Source: a candidate division WWE3 bacterium GW2011_GWC2_41_23
Lineage (GTDB): Bacteria > Patescibacteriota > WWE3 > UBA101185 > UBA10185
Length of the DNA stretch: 64,000 nt
NCBI GenBank assembly: GCA_000996895.1
Contig: LCBB01000005.1
Coordinates: forward strand, 11,421 to 75,420
Reading direction: 5' to 3'
Numbering within the stretch: the first letter of the stretch is position 1; every line of letters starts with the position of its first letter. Made by a program: the position numbers and the translations under genes. The notes under the pieces are model-generated. The model worked only from the letters and a program-made list of their open reading frames with translations. It did not search any database and had not been told where the DNA came from. Positions 9,489-19,960 of this stretch are shown piece by piece.

Positions 9489-10454
9489 ATGCAAGAGTCA
9501 ACTTACGATTTAATAATAATAGGTGGCGGACCTTCGGGGCTAACCGCAGCGATATATTCTTCACGTGCAATGTTAAAAACACTTGTTGTTGCGGGAAATC
9601 CTGCAGGCGGTCAACTTGTGATTACTTCCGATGTCGAAAATTTTCCGGGCTTCCCCGGAGGCATCATGGGGCCCGAACTCATTGAGAATATGCGAAAACA
9701 GGCAGAGAGATTCGGAACTTCCTTTAAGGACGCCAATGTTCACTCTATTCAAGGTACTGCCGAAGAGGGCTTTGAACTTAATCTTGATTCAGGTGAGAAA
9801 GTAAACGCCAAAACAATAGTTATAGCAACAGGCGCATCCGCAAGATGGATTGGGCTTGAAAGCGAGACCAGGTTAAGGGGAAAAGGTGTTTCTGCGTGCG
9901 CGACCTGCGACGGCTTTTTCTTTAAAGACAAAGTTGTTGCTGTTGTCGGTGCCGGAGACGCCGCGATGGAAGAAAGCACGTTCTTAACAAAGTTCGCTTC
10001 TAAAGTTTACATATTAGTAAGAAGAAGCGAAGATAAAGTAAAGGCCAGTAAGATAATGTTTCAGCGCGCCAAAGATAATCCCAAAATAGAATTTGTATTT
10101 AACACCGAAGTAAAAGAAGTTTTAGGAGAACACAGTGTGGAAGGTCTTAGTGTCATCAATAATGTAACCGGCGAGGAGAGAAAGATGGAAGATGTTAAGG
10201 GGCTTTTTGTTGCAATCGGGCACGAACCCAACACATCGTTTTTACAGGGATTTATCGACCTTGATGCAAAGGGATATATTGTCGTGAACTCTAATACTAA
10301 GACTTCCAAAGAGGGTGTTTTCGCTGCGGGAGATGTAGCCGATCACCACTACCGACAGGCAATAACCGCATCCGGAGTAGGTTGTATGGCCGCCCTTGAC
10401 GCCGTTAGATTCCTCGCTGACCGCGGTGTCTCGGTTAAATCAGATGCTTACTAA
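9489..10454 (+). CDS. trxB: thioredoxin-disulfide reductase
   Basis: GGGPSG, VSACATCDG, GAGDAA and AAGDV motifs. Start set at ATG 9489, 6 nt after TATAAT. Confidence 0.97.
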   Translation: MQESTYDLIIIGGGPSGLTAAIYSSRAMLKTLVVAGNPAGGQLVITSDVENFPGFPGGIMGPELIENMRKQAERFGTSFKDANVHSIQGTAEEGFELNLDSGEKVNAKTIVIATGASARWIGLESETRLRGKGVSACATCDGFFFKDKVVAVVGAGDAAMEESTFLTKFASKVYILVRRSEDKVKASKIMFQRAKDNPKIEFVFNTEVKEVLGEHSVEGLSVINNVTGEERKMEDVKGLFVAIGHEPNTSFLQGFIDLDAKGYIVVNSNTKTSKEGVFAAGDVADHHYRQAITASGVGCMAALDAVRFLADRGVSVKSDAY

Positions 10455-11880
10455 GTTGGGGGTTTTACTCAAAAAGCTCGGGTTTGAAAAGATTTTTCTT
10501 ATCATATTGTTACTTCTTAGTTTTTTGGTCCGCGTTTCGGGTTTAGGTTATTCCCATTATTACGGCGACGAAATAAAAACTCTTTATTTGGACAAGACGG
10601 TTACGGCATCTAAATTTTTACTGGACCAGCGAAAAGGTCCGGTTCAGTTTATCGCGACCTGGGTAATGGAAAAAATTTTCGGTGGTTACGACGAAGGTTG
10701 GTTACGATTGCCTTTTGCATTGGCATCGGTCATCTCCGTTTTTGTTTTATATTTTGTCGTCAAAAAGCTTTTCGGAAAAAATCCTGCATACTATGCGACG
10801 GTTATTTATGCTTTTTCGGGATTTAGTGTGGCGTTCGGGCGTACGGCTCAATATCAATCGTTCTTAATGTTGTTCGGATTTTTATCTCTCCTGTTTATTT
10901 TATTATCTAAAGAGACAAAAAGAAAAACTTATATTCTCGTGGCGGCTTTGTTTTGGGTTTTTTCAGTTTACAGTCACTACGACGGTGTATTTTTTCTGAT
11001 TCCTGCAGTTCTTTTTTTTATCCAAAATAAGAAGGATTTTTTGGATTTTCTAAAATATTTTTTATTTCCCGCAATGCTACTTTTATTGCCGTTTTATCTT
11101 CCGTATGTAATTAACGGCTATTTGGCTTCCAACACAATAAATTACGTGTCCAGGAGAATGTCGGGAAGCGGATATTTACCGAATAGTTCGGCTTATACAG
11201 TTAGTGTTTACAACCCATTTAATATTTTCTTGCTCTTGGTTTTGCCCGGTCTAATGTCATTTTTCACTAAGGGAAACCGTAAAGTTTACATGGTGCAAAT
11301 TTGGTTTGTAGCAACGCTGGGATTTTACGAGTTAGTAATTAAAAATCCCGGGACTCATATTCAAAATTACCTTCTGCCGTTAATAATATTGAGCGGATAT
11401 GTAATTTCTAGTTCCGGAAGATATATGCGGCTTGCGGTTTCCGTATTATTACCTTTTTACATCGGAATTTCTTTTTATACTTTTGTTCCGTCTTTAAATA
11501 CAGGTTACCCGTGGAAGCCGTCAAACATTTTAGGATTGCACTTGGGGAAGATAGAAAAAAAGTTTCAGCTATTTTTGTATGGTTTTCCCTACAACAGAGG
11601 CTGGGATCAGATTAAGGCGTATTTTGAAGAGAAAAAGGATGTTAACGGTGTTTACACAAACGACAACGATTCCTACGCCGACTATTACTTAAGAGGTTTC
11701 GCGTACACCCGTCCCGGACCTAATTTTTTACCACAATACTACGTTCACATCATAGATAGTCAGGAGATTGATAATCCGAAAGAAGATTTTCTCAGCACAA
11801 ATGCTGCTTTTTACAATCTCGAAGCAGAGTTTTTCGGTGACGCGGGGTCTGTATCCCAGATCTATAAACTTATAAAGTGA
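10444..11880 (+). CDS. ArnT/PMT-like GT-C glycosyltransferase
   Basis: YYGDE, QRKGPVQF, LRLPFA and many TM segments. ATG 10444 overlaps the trxB end. Confidence 0.75.
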   Translation: MLTKLGVLLKKLGFEKIFLIILLLLSFLVRVSGLGYSHYYGDEIKTLYLDKTVTASKFLLDQRKGPVQFIATWVMEKIFGGYDEGWLRLPFALASVISVFVLYFVVKKLFGKNPAYYATVIYAFSGFSVAFGRTAQYQSFLMLFGFLSLLFILLSKETKRKTYILVAALFWVFSVYSHYDGVFFLIPAVLFFIQNKKDFLDFLKYFLFPAMLLLLPFYLPYVINGYLASNTINYVSRRMSGSGYLPNSSAYTVSVYNPFNIFLLLVLPGLMSFFTKGNRKVYMVQIWFVATLGFYELVIKNPGTHIQNYLLPLIILSGYVISSSGRYMRLAVSVLLPFYIGISFYTFVPSLNTGYPWKPSNILGLHLGKIEKKFQLFLYGFPYNRGWDQIKAYFEEKKDVNGVYTNDNDSYADYYLRGFAYTRPGPNFLPQYYVHIIDSQEIDNPKEDFLSTNAAFYNLEAEFFGDAGSVSQIYKLIK

Positions 11881-12460
11881 TGTTAGCCCAGTCTACGATG
11901 TTCCACCAGTTTGTGATGTAATCAGCGCGTCTGTTCTGGTATTTAAGGTAATAGGCGTGTTCCCAGACGTCCAGCGCCAGGAGAGGTTTGTAACCTTCTG
12001 AGATGGGAGAAGCCTGATTTTGCGTATTCATGATTTTTACATTGCCTTCTTTGTCTTGTACCAGCCATGTCCAACCGCTACCGAAAAGCCCGAGAGCGCT
12101 TTTGGTAAATTCTTCCTTAAACATGTCGAACGAACCGAATGTACCGTTGATTTTTTCTAAAAGCATTCCGTCGGGTCCTGTGCTTTTAGCAGGTCCTATA
12201 ACACTCCAGAAAAAGTTATGATTAAACACTCCTCCGCCGTTGTTTATTACGGCCGTTCTAATGTTTTCGTCGATAGCCTCGGGTGACATTAAAATATCCT
12301 CCAACTCCATATTTTCCAGCGGTGTTCCGGTAATTGCCATTGTAAGTTTATCCAGGTAAGTTTTGTGATGTTTTGTATAGTGAACTTCCATTGTCTGGGT
12401 ATCAATATAGGGTTCTAAAGCGTCGAACGCGTAATTTAATTTCGGAAGCTCTTTTATCAT
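11870..12460 (-). CDS. sodA: Mn/Fe superoxide dismutase (Mn-type residues)
   Basis: HYTKHHKTY, NNGGG..NH, FGSGW and DVWEHAYY motifs. Confidence 0.95.
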   Translation of the reverse strand: MIKELPKLNYAFDALEPYIDTQTMEVHYTKHHKTYLDKLTMAITGTPLENMELEDILMSPEAIDENIRTAVINNGGGVFNHNFFWSVIGPAKSTGPDGMLLEKINGTFGSFDMFKEEFTKSALGLFGSGWTWLVQDKEGNVKIMNTQNQASPISEGYKPLLALDVWEHAYYLKYQNRRADYITNWWNIVDWANITL

Positions 12461-12537
12461 AAACCGTCCCTTTCAATATATTTACGGATATCTATATAAT
12501 ATCATAAGTTTACTTTTTTGCTAGAATTTAGGTGTAA

Positions 12538-14037
12538 ATGTTTGAGAAGAATATAGCTGTAATAATCAAATACGCAAATTTTATAATGCTGGGAACGATA
12601 TTTCTTTCGTTTGTTCTGTTACGTTTAATTAATCTTGGATACTCGGAGTACATACCTGATGAAACTACTGTAATGACGCCGGTAAAGAACTCTCAGATAG
12701 ATACGGGATTTTTACTCGCGCAAAGAAAAGGTCCGATGCAATTTTTAACTGTTCGGGTTGTAAACATATTCGGTATCAACGTGTTCGACGAATTTTCATA
12801 CCGCTTCCCTTTTTTCCTTGCCTCTGTTTTGGGGTTGTTCTTTTTTTATAAATTTATTAGAAACTTGGAAGGACAGTTTGTGGCTGTCGTAGCAACGTTA
12901 TTTTTGGGTTTGAACGGGCTTTTTATAGCTTTCGGGAGGGTCGTTCAGTACCAGAGCCTTAACTTACTTTTTTCATTTGCGGGTCTGTATTTTCTTTCTT
13001 TGTTGAAAGAAGAACAGCACAAGATAAGAAATTCTTTACTGGGATCTTTATTTTTGTGTCTCTCTTTTATGTCTCACTGGGATATGGTCTTCATTTTGCC
13101 CCCGGCGTTATTTTTAATTTTTAAGTACGTACTGTTCTCCGGCTTGAGGGGTAGACAAAAAAGATCTGTTGTCGGGGCATTACTATTGCCCGTGCTGGTA
13201 ATTTTTCTTCCCTTTTTTGTTAACTACTCAAGTGTTGCTTTGGCAGATGCAGGTAATATTAGTTATTTTAAAACCAGAGTCGGCTACACAGGCATATCCC
13301 TTGAAAGCATAATGTATGACCTTAAAGAGTACGTCGTAAAGGTGGAGTTATATAACCCGTTTGTTTATACGTATGTTTTGGGAGTTCTTGCTTTCGCAGG
13401 ATTAATAGGATCCAAACGGTCATACCCTTACTTTTATTGGTTTTTACTGTCGCTGGCGGTATTTATTTTTCTTGTTATAAAACCGGGCACCCATGTATAC
13501 AACATGTTTTATCCATCGGCAGTACTTGCCGCGCTGGGAGCGCACTATTTTTATCAGCTTTTTAAGGGGTTGCTATCCAAGGCTATCATTGTTGCTCTCG
13601 CAGTTCTTTTTTCGTTTTTTGCTTATCAGGGGTACCTCTTATTCGCGGATACAAAAGCGGATTATCCGTGGTCTCAGGAGGACATTTTAGGTCATAAAAC
13701 CAAGCCATACTCGCATCAAAGCCTTCCCAACAACATTATCGGTTTCCCGATTTACCGGGGTTGGAAGGAAGCGGCAGAATTTCTCGAAGGAGAAAACGCC
13801 AGAAACGGAGCTGATATTCCTTATATTACGAACGAAGAATCCAGCATAGGATGTTTTTACCTTCCATTAAGGTATGGAAAAGAATCGGAATATTACGCAA
13901 TAGGAGTAAAACGCCCGTTGTCTTTTGTAAATGATTACACGTTTCCATCGATAAAAAATAAGAAGACAATCAAGAGGATAGAAGTTTACGGCGAAAATAC
14001 GATGCGTATATATAAGGTGAATGTAAATGAAGAATAA
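12538..14037 (+). CDS. ArnT/PMT-like GT-C glycosyltransferase, paralog of 10444..11880
   Basis: YIPDE, QRKGPMQF, AFGR..QYQS, KPGTH, YPW and GFP..RGW are shared with the upstream paralog. Confidence 0.75.
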   Translation: MFEKNIAVIIKYANFIMLGTIFLSFVLLRLINLGYSEYIPDETTVMTPVKNSQIDTGFLLAQRKGPMQFLTVRVVNIFGINVFDEFSYRFPFFLASVLGLFFFYKFIRNLEGQFVAVVATLFLGLNGLFIAFGRVVQYQSLNLLFSFAGLYFLSLLKEEQHKIRNSLLGSLFLCLSFMSHWDMVFILPPALFLIFKYVLFSGLRGRQKRSVVGALLLPVLVIFLPFFVNYSSVALADAGNISYFKTRVGYTGISLESIMYDLKEYVVKVELYNPFVYTYVLGVLAFAGLIGSKRSYPYFYWFLLSLAVFIFLVIKPGTHVYNMFYPSAVLAALGAHYFYQLFKGLLSKAIIVALAVLFSFFAYQGYLLFADTKADYPWSQEDILGHKTKPYSHQSLPNNIIGFPIYRGWKEAAEFLEGENARNGADIPYITNEESSIGCFYLPLRYGKESEYYAIGVKRPLSFVNDYTFPSIKNKKTIKRIEVYGENTMRIYKVNVNEE

Positions 14038-15112
14038 ATTTGTAAATATCACCAAAATAACGGTCATTGCGGCTATATTTTTAGTGGCTTGTATGTTGCG
14101 TCTTGATTTTTTCGGGGGCGCCGGAAAAGATATTTATGCTTACGAAAGATCTGTAGAAGATCTTTTGTCCGGGACTAACCCATATAAATGGACGGTTGCG
14201 ACCTACTCTACGCCGGATGACCCCGGCAATCACGGCTACGCATATCTTCCGCTTCTTCTATATCTAAACTCTTTTTTCTATATTATTTCCAAGTTAAGTG
14301 GTGTATCGTTTTATATTTTAAGTAAGATACCCATACTATTAGCGGATGTGGGTGTGGGCATACTACTGGTCAAGTTCTTGTACCGAAAAAATTATTGGGC
14401 TCTTTTAGGAGCTCTCTTGTTCTGGTTTTGGAATCCTTACTTTTTTATGAAAAATAATTATGTCTATACGGACCCATTGCCGGTATTTTTATCACTTTTA
14501 GCTTTTTATTATTTAGAGAAAGACGACGTTCTGGCAGGGGCATTTCTCGCTTTAGCAATAGCGGCCAAGCCATATTCGTTAATCTTTCTTCCACTTTTTT
14601 TATTCAAAGCCCAAAGACCTCTGAGATTGATGCTGTCTACCGTAATTGTAGGGGTATTTCTTAGTATACCTTTTCTCGGATCGTGGAACGATTTTATGAC
14701 TTACCTTAATGGAGCTGTGTTAGTACACGGAGATCGCATTGTTCAGGGGCGCCCTTTCCTGTGGTTTATAAGTTATTACGGAAAAATAGAGCTCATAAGG
14801 ATAATACCCGTAAAGTTTTACGCTTACGCTTCCATATTGTTGGGTTGGGTTTTTATAGTCATTGCCTTTTTGATTTTTAAGATTAAGGAAAAATATTTGC
14901 TGGGTGCAGGCTGTCTGGCGTTGTTTTATTTTTTCACACCCGTCTTAAACCGCACCTACCTGCTTTGGTTAATGCCCTTATTTGTAATTGCCTTGTATAA
15001 CATATTTAGTAAGAAGCAGGTTCTTTATTATTTTTCACTTTTATTCTATTGGGGTTTTTATTATGTGTATTTGTTTTACTGGAAGGATGGGTTTCACATT
15101 TGGCATCCTTAG
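14027..15112 (+). CDS. GT87/PIG-M-like membrane glycosyltransferase
   Basis: G.NPY, YAYLPL, KIPILLAD, WNP and AIAAKPY motifs. Confidence 0.7.
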   Translation: MKNKFVNITKITVIAAIFLVACMLRLDFFGGAGKDIYAYERSVEDLLSGTNPYKWTVATYSTPDDPGNHGYAYLPLLLYLNSFFYIISKLSGVSFYILSKIPILLADVGVGILLVKFLYRKNYWALLGALLFWFWNPYFFMKNNYVYTDPLPVFLSLLAFYYLEKDDVLAGAFLALAIAAKPYSLIFLPLFLFKAQRPLRLMLSTVIVGVFLSIPFLGSWNDFMTYLNGAVLVHGDRIVQGRPFLWFISYYGKIELIRIIPVKFYAYASILLGWVFIVIAFLIFKIKEKYLLGAGCLALFYFFTPVLNRTYLLWLMPLFVIALYNIFSKKQVLYYFSLLFYWGFYYVYLFYWKDGFHIWHP

Positions 15113-15222
15113 TTTTATATACAAATTTACATGCGTTTTTTGTTATTTTGATATTAAGTTTTCCGGCGGTATCTTTTAGGTTTCTAACTACCGATTACAA
15201 ACGGTGTGTTGGTAGGTAAAAA

Positions 15223-16797
15223 ATGTTTTTACCGGAGCAGTTAAAGATGAAATCAAAAAAAGAGTTGTTGAGTAAAATTGTAAACGGCAGATATTTCACG
15301 GGTATCGCTGTGTCGTTATTCCTTTTTCTACTACTTCTCCCCCTTTCCCTAAAAATAGATTTTATGCAAAACGACGATTGGGTCTACTACGGGATGGTCG
15401 AGAATTTTATGAAACTGGATTTCAGACTGGATCCCTTGTCCGCACCTACTTTTTATACCCAAGGCATACTCGGAACTTTATTCGCCGGTATTTTCGGATT
15501 ACAGAGTTTGCCAATTCTTACGCTAATTATTTCCGTACTGTGTTTCTTCGTTTTTTACATTATTTTGTTAAGACATTTTAATTTGGGGCGGTTTGAGTCA
15601 GTATTGGTGTCCTTGTTATTGTTTTTTAATCCGCTTTTTATCTACTCTGTGTGGGGATTTATGACGGAAAACTATTTTTTGTTGTTTATGCTTCTTTCAA
15701 TCTTGTTTTATTTGGAAAGTGTAAATGTTCCGAGCAGGAAGAACCTTTTTTTGTACGTTGTTTTTATCTTTTTGGCTCTTAATATAAGGCAGGTTGCCTT
15801 GGTTTTGCCTTTGTCCGGTTTCGTATACTCGTTGTTCAAAAGGAATGTAAGGCCGCTTTTGTTGAATTTGGGGGTTTTGGTGGGGCTGGGTGTCTACTAT
15901 GTTTTTATTTTTCCGTTAACCGCCGAAATGTCGGAAAAAAGCCTCCAATTTCACCACCTTCAAAGCTCGCCTTACGTGTATTCGTTGATTTACGGGTCTT
16001 TTATATTGGCAACTGCCCTACTCCTTCCTTTACTACTGCCGATTTTTAAAGAAAAGAAAAAACTTAAATGGGCGCTGTTTTTGGGTTTAGCGGTAGTCGC
16101 CTATATTTTATTGAACCGATATTTTCAACCGTCAAAAGTTTCGTGGGGAGAATTTCCCTATTTCGAAAACACGCTGGAACGAAAGGGCTTTTACCCGAGA
16201 GGGGTGCTGGGTACAAAATATTATTTTAAGTACATGTTCGATCTTTACCGTCACTGGGATTCGGCTGCAAAGATTGTTTTAAGTCTTTTTGTTGCCTATG
16301 CGGTACTAAAAATAAAGAAAATAAACGGACTCTGGGCAGTATTCACAATTATTTATATGGGGGTAATGACTGTCACCGAAACTTATTACGACAGGTACTT
16401 GTTAATTTTAATCCCGGTTTTAATCTTTATTATTCTGGGAGTAAACGGTTTTGGAAAAGTGAATAAATTTTTGTCGGTGTCTTTTTTAGCTTTTTTGATT
16501 TTTTACAATTACCAGTTTTCAATGGATTTCATTTTGGTTAACAAATACATCTGGAATAAATCCGAGGAGCTGGTTGTGAAGTACGATAAAGAACCCAGAA
16601 GAGTACAGGGTACGAATGCTTGGAAGCTGAAGTATTTAAATGAGAGAAGAAACTATGTGTTCGATTTTACCTACGATAGCTCGGAAATAAACAAGTCCTA
16701 CCGCGATTTGTACACTACCGAAGAGGGTAAAAAGATAGAATTTCCGGGAAGTTTGTGGGTCAAACCGTACATTTATTTGTATCAGAAGATAGACTAG
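15223..16797 (+). CDS. ArnT-like GT-C glycosyltransferase
   Basis: NDDWVY, FNPLF..FMTE, IRQ and YDRYLL motifs with multiple TM segments. Confidence 0.75.
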   Translation: MFLPEQLKMKSKKELLSKIVNGRYFTGIAVSLFLFLLLLPLSLKIDFMQNDDWVYYGMVENFMKLDFRLDPLSAPTFYTQGILGTLFAGIFGLQSLPILTLIISVLCFFVFYIILLRHFNLGRFESVLVSLLLFFNPLFIYSVWGFMTENYFLLFMLLSILFYLESVNVPSRKNLFLYVVFIFLALNIRQVALVLPLSGFVYSLFKRNVRPLLLNLGVLVGLGVYYVFIFPLTAEMSEKSLQFHHLQSSPYVYSLIYGSFILATALLLPLLLPIFKEKKKLKWALFLGLAVVAYILLNRYFQPSKVSWGEFPYFENTLERKGFYPRGVLGTKYYFKYMFDLYRHWDSAAKIVLSLFVAYAVLKIKKINGLWAVFTIIYMGVMTVTETYYDRYLLILIPVLIFIILGVNGFGKVNKFLSVSFLAFLIFYNYQFSMDFILVNKYIWNKSEELVVKYDKEPRRVQGTNAWKLKYLNERRNYVFDFTYDSSEINKSYRDLYTTEEGKKIEFPGSLWVKPYIYLYQKID

Positions 16798-16890
16798 ATA
16801 GATTTATTGTTATATTTGCTGCGTTGGTGCCATGTTTGTTATTCTTAACTCATATATAAAGGCAGCGAAACACACCCTTTAAAGTATAAG

Positions 16891-18390
16891 ATGACAAAAA
16901 TGAGGAACAGACCCGGAGCCGTAATGTTGTTAATAATCTTGCTGTTCTTACTTCCCCGGGTGTTCTTATTAGGCACCGATATATCAAACTCAGACGCGTT
17001 GAGGTGGCACAGAAGATCGGATAATTTTCTTCAAGCACTTAAAAACCAAAACTTTGAAAAAACTTACCAAAGATACCACCCCGGTGTTACTGCGATGTGG
17101 GCGGGGGCAGTGTCCGAACAAATACTTAACGAATATCAAAAACTTAAAGGGGACGAAATTGCTACCTTAGAAAATGCCGAGTTTTACCCGGTACTGCACG
17201 CGTTATCAAAATTAGTTTTGATTGCAATATTAGCTTTTTGTTTTGCGTTGCAAATCTACCTAGTAAGCAAATTATTCGGAAGTAAAACTGCTCTGTTATT
17301 TGGAATTATAATTTCCACGGAGCCATATTTTATAGGTATAAACAGATGGTTTCATCTATCGTCTATGGAAGCAATGTTTTCGTTAAATGTCCTTTTACTT
17401 TTGATGTATTTTATTCAAACCAACAAGTTGCGTTTCATTGTATTATCGGGTTTTTTTGCGGGGTTGGGGTTATTAACTAAAATGACGGTATCTATTACCA
17501 TAGCTTTTTCTTTTTCCTACATCTTATACAGAGTTTTTAGAAATAAGACTAAATTTAACGCAGCGGTATTTTACGTAATTTCTATATGTGTCACTGTATT
17601 AGTTTTGTTTCCTGCCTTGTGGGTAAAACCGATGTTTGTTTTTTGGTCGATGTACTCGGCTATTGTAAACGCCGTTTTTGAGGACATAAGGGGGGAGTTG
17701 CTTACGCTTCCGCAAAAGCTTTTTTATTACCCGATAATTTTATTATTTAAAATGTCGCCCGTGGTGTTGATAATAGGTGTTTACTCCATCATAAACACTT
17801 TTAAAAGGGTAACTAGTAAAGAATTTGTCTTAGGTGTATATCTCGTTTTCTTAGTAACATTTCTAACCATCACAGATCAAAAAATAGACAGATACTCCAT
17901 CGCGTTATTTCCTTTTTGGATACTATTGGTAGCAAACACCCTTTCAAAATTAAAACCTCGTATTTTGACTGTTTTGTTATCTATCCATGTCGCAACATTT
18001 ATATGGGCAACCTCAGTGTACTACCCTGTTTATTCTGCATTTATAAATCCTTTGTTCGGGCATAAATTTGTGTTAAACGCAGGATTTTATGAAAATTCCG
18101 GAGAGTATTTTTCAGAAGCGGCGTTTTATCTAAACATAAAAGGACGCAATATACGTACCCACGTCCCTAATAACATAGAGTCTTTTAAACCTTATTACAA
18201 AGGCAAGTTAACGGGGTTACTAGATGATGCTGACTACGTGGTCTATAGTTTGGATTTTGACCGCAAATCCTTTCCCGCTATTAAAGATTGTAAAATAGAT
18301 AAATATTTTGGAAACCGTTTATATAAACCCGTTGCTGTTTATGCATGTAACAACGTGAGTTTAAAAACAAAAAGCTATTTAGTCAGGTAA
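16891..18390 (+). CDS. ArnT-like GT-C glycosyltransferase
   Basis: D..RW, HPGVT, EPYF, GLGLLTK and KIDRY motifs with multiple TM segments. Confidence 0.75.
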   Translation: MTKMRNRPGAVMLLIILLFLLPRVFLLGTDISNSDALRWHRRSDNFLQALKNQNFEKTYQRYHPGVTAMWAGAVSEQILNEYQKLKGDEIATLENAEFYPVLHALSKLVLIAILAFCFALQIYLVSKLFGSKTALLFGIIISTEPYFIGINRWFHLSSMEAMFSLNVLLLLMYFIQTNKLRFIVLSGFFAGLGLLTKMTVSITIAFSFSYILYRVFRNKTKFNAAVFYVISICVTVLVLFPALWVKPMFVFWSMYSAIVNAVFEDIRGELLTLPQKLFYYPIILLFKMSPVVLIIGVYSIINTFKRVTSKEFVLGVYLVFLVTFLTITDQKIDRYSIALFPFWILLVANTLSKLKPRILTVLLSIHVATFIWATSVYYPVYSAFINPLFGHKFVLNAGFYENSGEYFSEAAFYLNIKGRNIRTHVPNNIESFKPYYKGKLTGLLDDADYVVYSLDFDRKSFPAIKDCKIDKYFGNRLYKPVAVYACNNVSLKTKSYLVR

Positions 18391-18435
18391 ATCTCTTGAC
18401 ACCCGCAATTAAAACTAATAGTCTTTAAACCAAGC

Positions 18436-18966
18436 ATGCATATTAACCCCGCATTAAAAGGAACCCTGCTTACCACAATCTTAGCTGTTGTTTTTTCTGC
18501 ATCTCATGTTTTTTCTGCTTCCCTATCCTTGACTAAAATAGGCGCTTTAGATACAACAGGTAAAACTTATTCTGAATGGTGGTACTCACAGACAAGCGCT
18601 ACATTGGCAGGTACGGCTGCTGACGGAACTCAGGTGTCGGTAAAAGTTGGTGAGGCGGTAAACAACGTGAATGTCACATCAGGAACTTGGTCTTACGCGC
18701 TATCCGGTGAGAGTAAAGATTATCCGATTGAAATTTCCCAAGGTGCTGAAAAAATCTCGTTCACATTGCATCTAGGTCAGGTGCTTCCAAATACAGTAGT
18801 GGCAGGTTCTTCTCCTCAGACAGGCGGAGTGCCGGAAACAGGCTACAACCAAGTTATCGCAATAAGTCTGGGTGTGGGAATAGTACTTTTAGCTTCATAC
18901 TTTTACTTTTGGGGTGATTTAAAAAAGAAAACAGTTTTTGAAGCAAGAATGATCCGCGAAGATTAA
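18436..18966 (+). CDS. secreted Ig-like protein with LPXTG-like sorting signal
   Basis: Signal peptide, then VPETG followed by a hydrophobic segment and KKK. Confidence 0.55.
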   Translation: MHINPALKGTLLTTILAVVFSASHVFSASLSLTKIGALDTTGKTYSEWWYSQTSATLAGTAADGTQVSVKVGEAVNNVNVTSGTWSYALSGESKDYPIEISQGAEKISFTLHLGQVLPNTVVAGSSPQTGGVPETGYNQVIAISLGVGIVLLASYFYFWGDLKKKTVFEARMIRED

Positions 18967-19595
18967 TCTTCCACAAAAGGCACGAACGCAAATCCGGGAA
19001 AAAATAAAGTGTCGAAATCCGTTTCTGTGTTTCTCACCATTTTGTAAATTCCACTGTCTTTAGGAAAAACCATAACTCCCCCGACCTTCAGTTGCTCTTT
19101 CCACGCTTCAGGTAATTCTCTGACTTCCGCAGCCGCGATTATTCTGTCAAATCCGCCGATTTCTTTAGAAACATTAGGCAGGCCTGTTTTTGCATTTCCC
19201 TCGTGAAGTGAAAGATTATCCGAAATCAAAGGATACTTGCCCACATTTTCTCCGGCATACTCGGAGAGTTTCGGAATAATCTCAACCGTGTAAACGTGGC
19301 CGTCTTCCCCCGACATAAAAGCTAATAAAGACGCCTGCCATCCCGAACCGGTACCGATATCAAGTATTTTATGCCCTTGCTTAATGTCCAGCAGTTCCAG
19401 CATGAACGCTACTGTGAATGGTTGGGAAATAGTCTGGCCGTAACCGATGGAAAGTGCGGCGTCGGTGTAGGAATTTCCCTTGTCTTCGGGTAGAACAAAA
19501 TCCGATCTGTCGATTTCCAGTAAAGCCTGTTCAACGGAAAAAGATTTCAGCACACCGGACGATTTAAGTTTATCTATAAGCTCGTGTTTGGTCAT
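18963..19595 (-). CDS. pcm: protein-L-isoaspartate O-methyltransferase
   Basis: IGYGQTISQP, LDIGTGSGW and F.FVP motifs. Start at ATG 19595 gives an ATGA overlap with the HIT gene stop. Confidence 0.93.
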   Translation of the reverse strand: MTKHELIDKLKSSGVLKSFSVEQALLEIDRSDFVLPEDKGNSYTDAALSIGYGQTISQPFTVAFMLELLDIKQGHKILDIGTGSGWQASLLAFMSGEDGHVYTVEIIPKLSEYAGENVGKYPLISDNLSLHEGNAKTGLPNVSKEIGGFDRIIAAAEVRELPEAWKEQLKVGGVMVFPKDSGIYKMVRNTETDFDTLFFPGFAFVPFVED

Positions 19596-19960
19596 GACCT
19601 GATTTGTTCCGCTAAAATACTCAACTCTTCTTTTGAAGGTATGCGCGGGTTCGTGTAAAAAGGGTAAAGCTTTATATGAAGGTGGTCTATTTCTAAACCT
19701 TCGATACGGGTAAGTACTCTTTCGCACCCGAGCTTCTTTTTTAATAACTCCGCGGTATTTTTTGCAGTGTTTATCGCTGCATCTATTATTTCTTTGTCAT
19801 TGTTGTAAAAATCGCTATCATAGTGTTCTTTTGTTACTACAACCGTCATTCCTACTGTTGTCGGGTTTATATCTAAAAACGAAATATGGGCGTCGTCTTC
19901 GTAAATAATTTCGGAAGGTATCTCGCGTCTCGCTATCTTACAAAATATGCAGTCTTTCAT
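19592..19960 (-). CDS. HIT family nucleotide-binding protein
   Basis: DCIFCKI, FLDINP and a degenerate triad HLHIK. Confidence 0.9.
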   Translation of the reverse strand: MKDCIFCKIARREIPSEIIYEDDAHISFLDINPTTVGMTVVVTKEHYDSDFYNNDKEIIDAAINTAKNTAELLKKKLGCERVLTRIEGLEIDHLHIKLYPFYTNPRIPSKEELSILAEQIRS

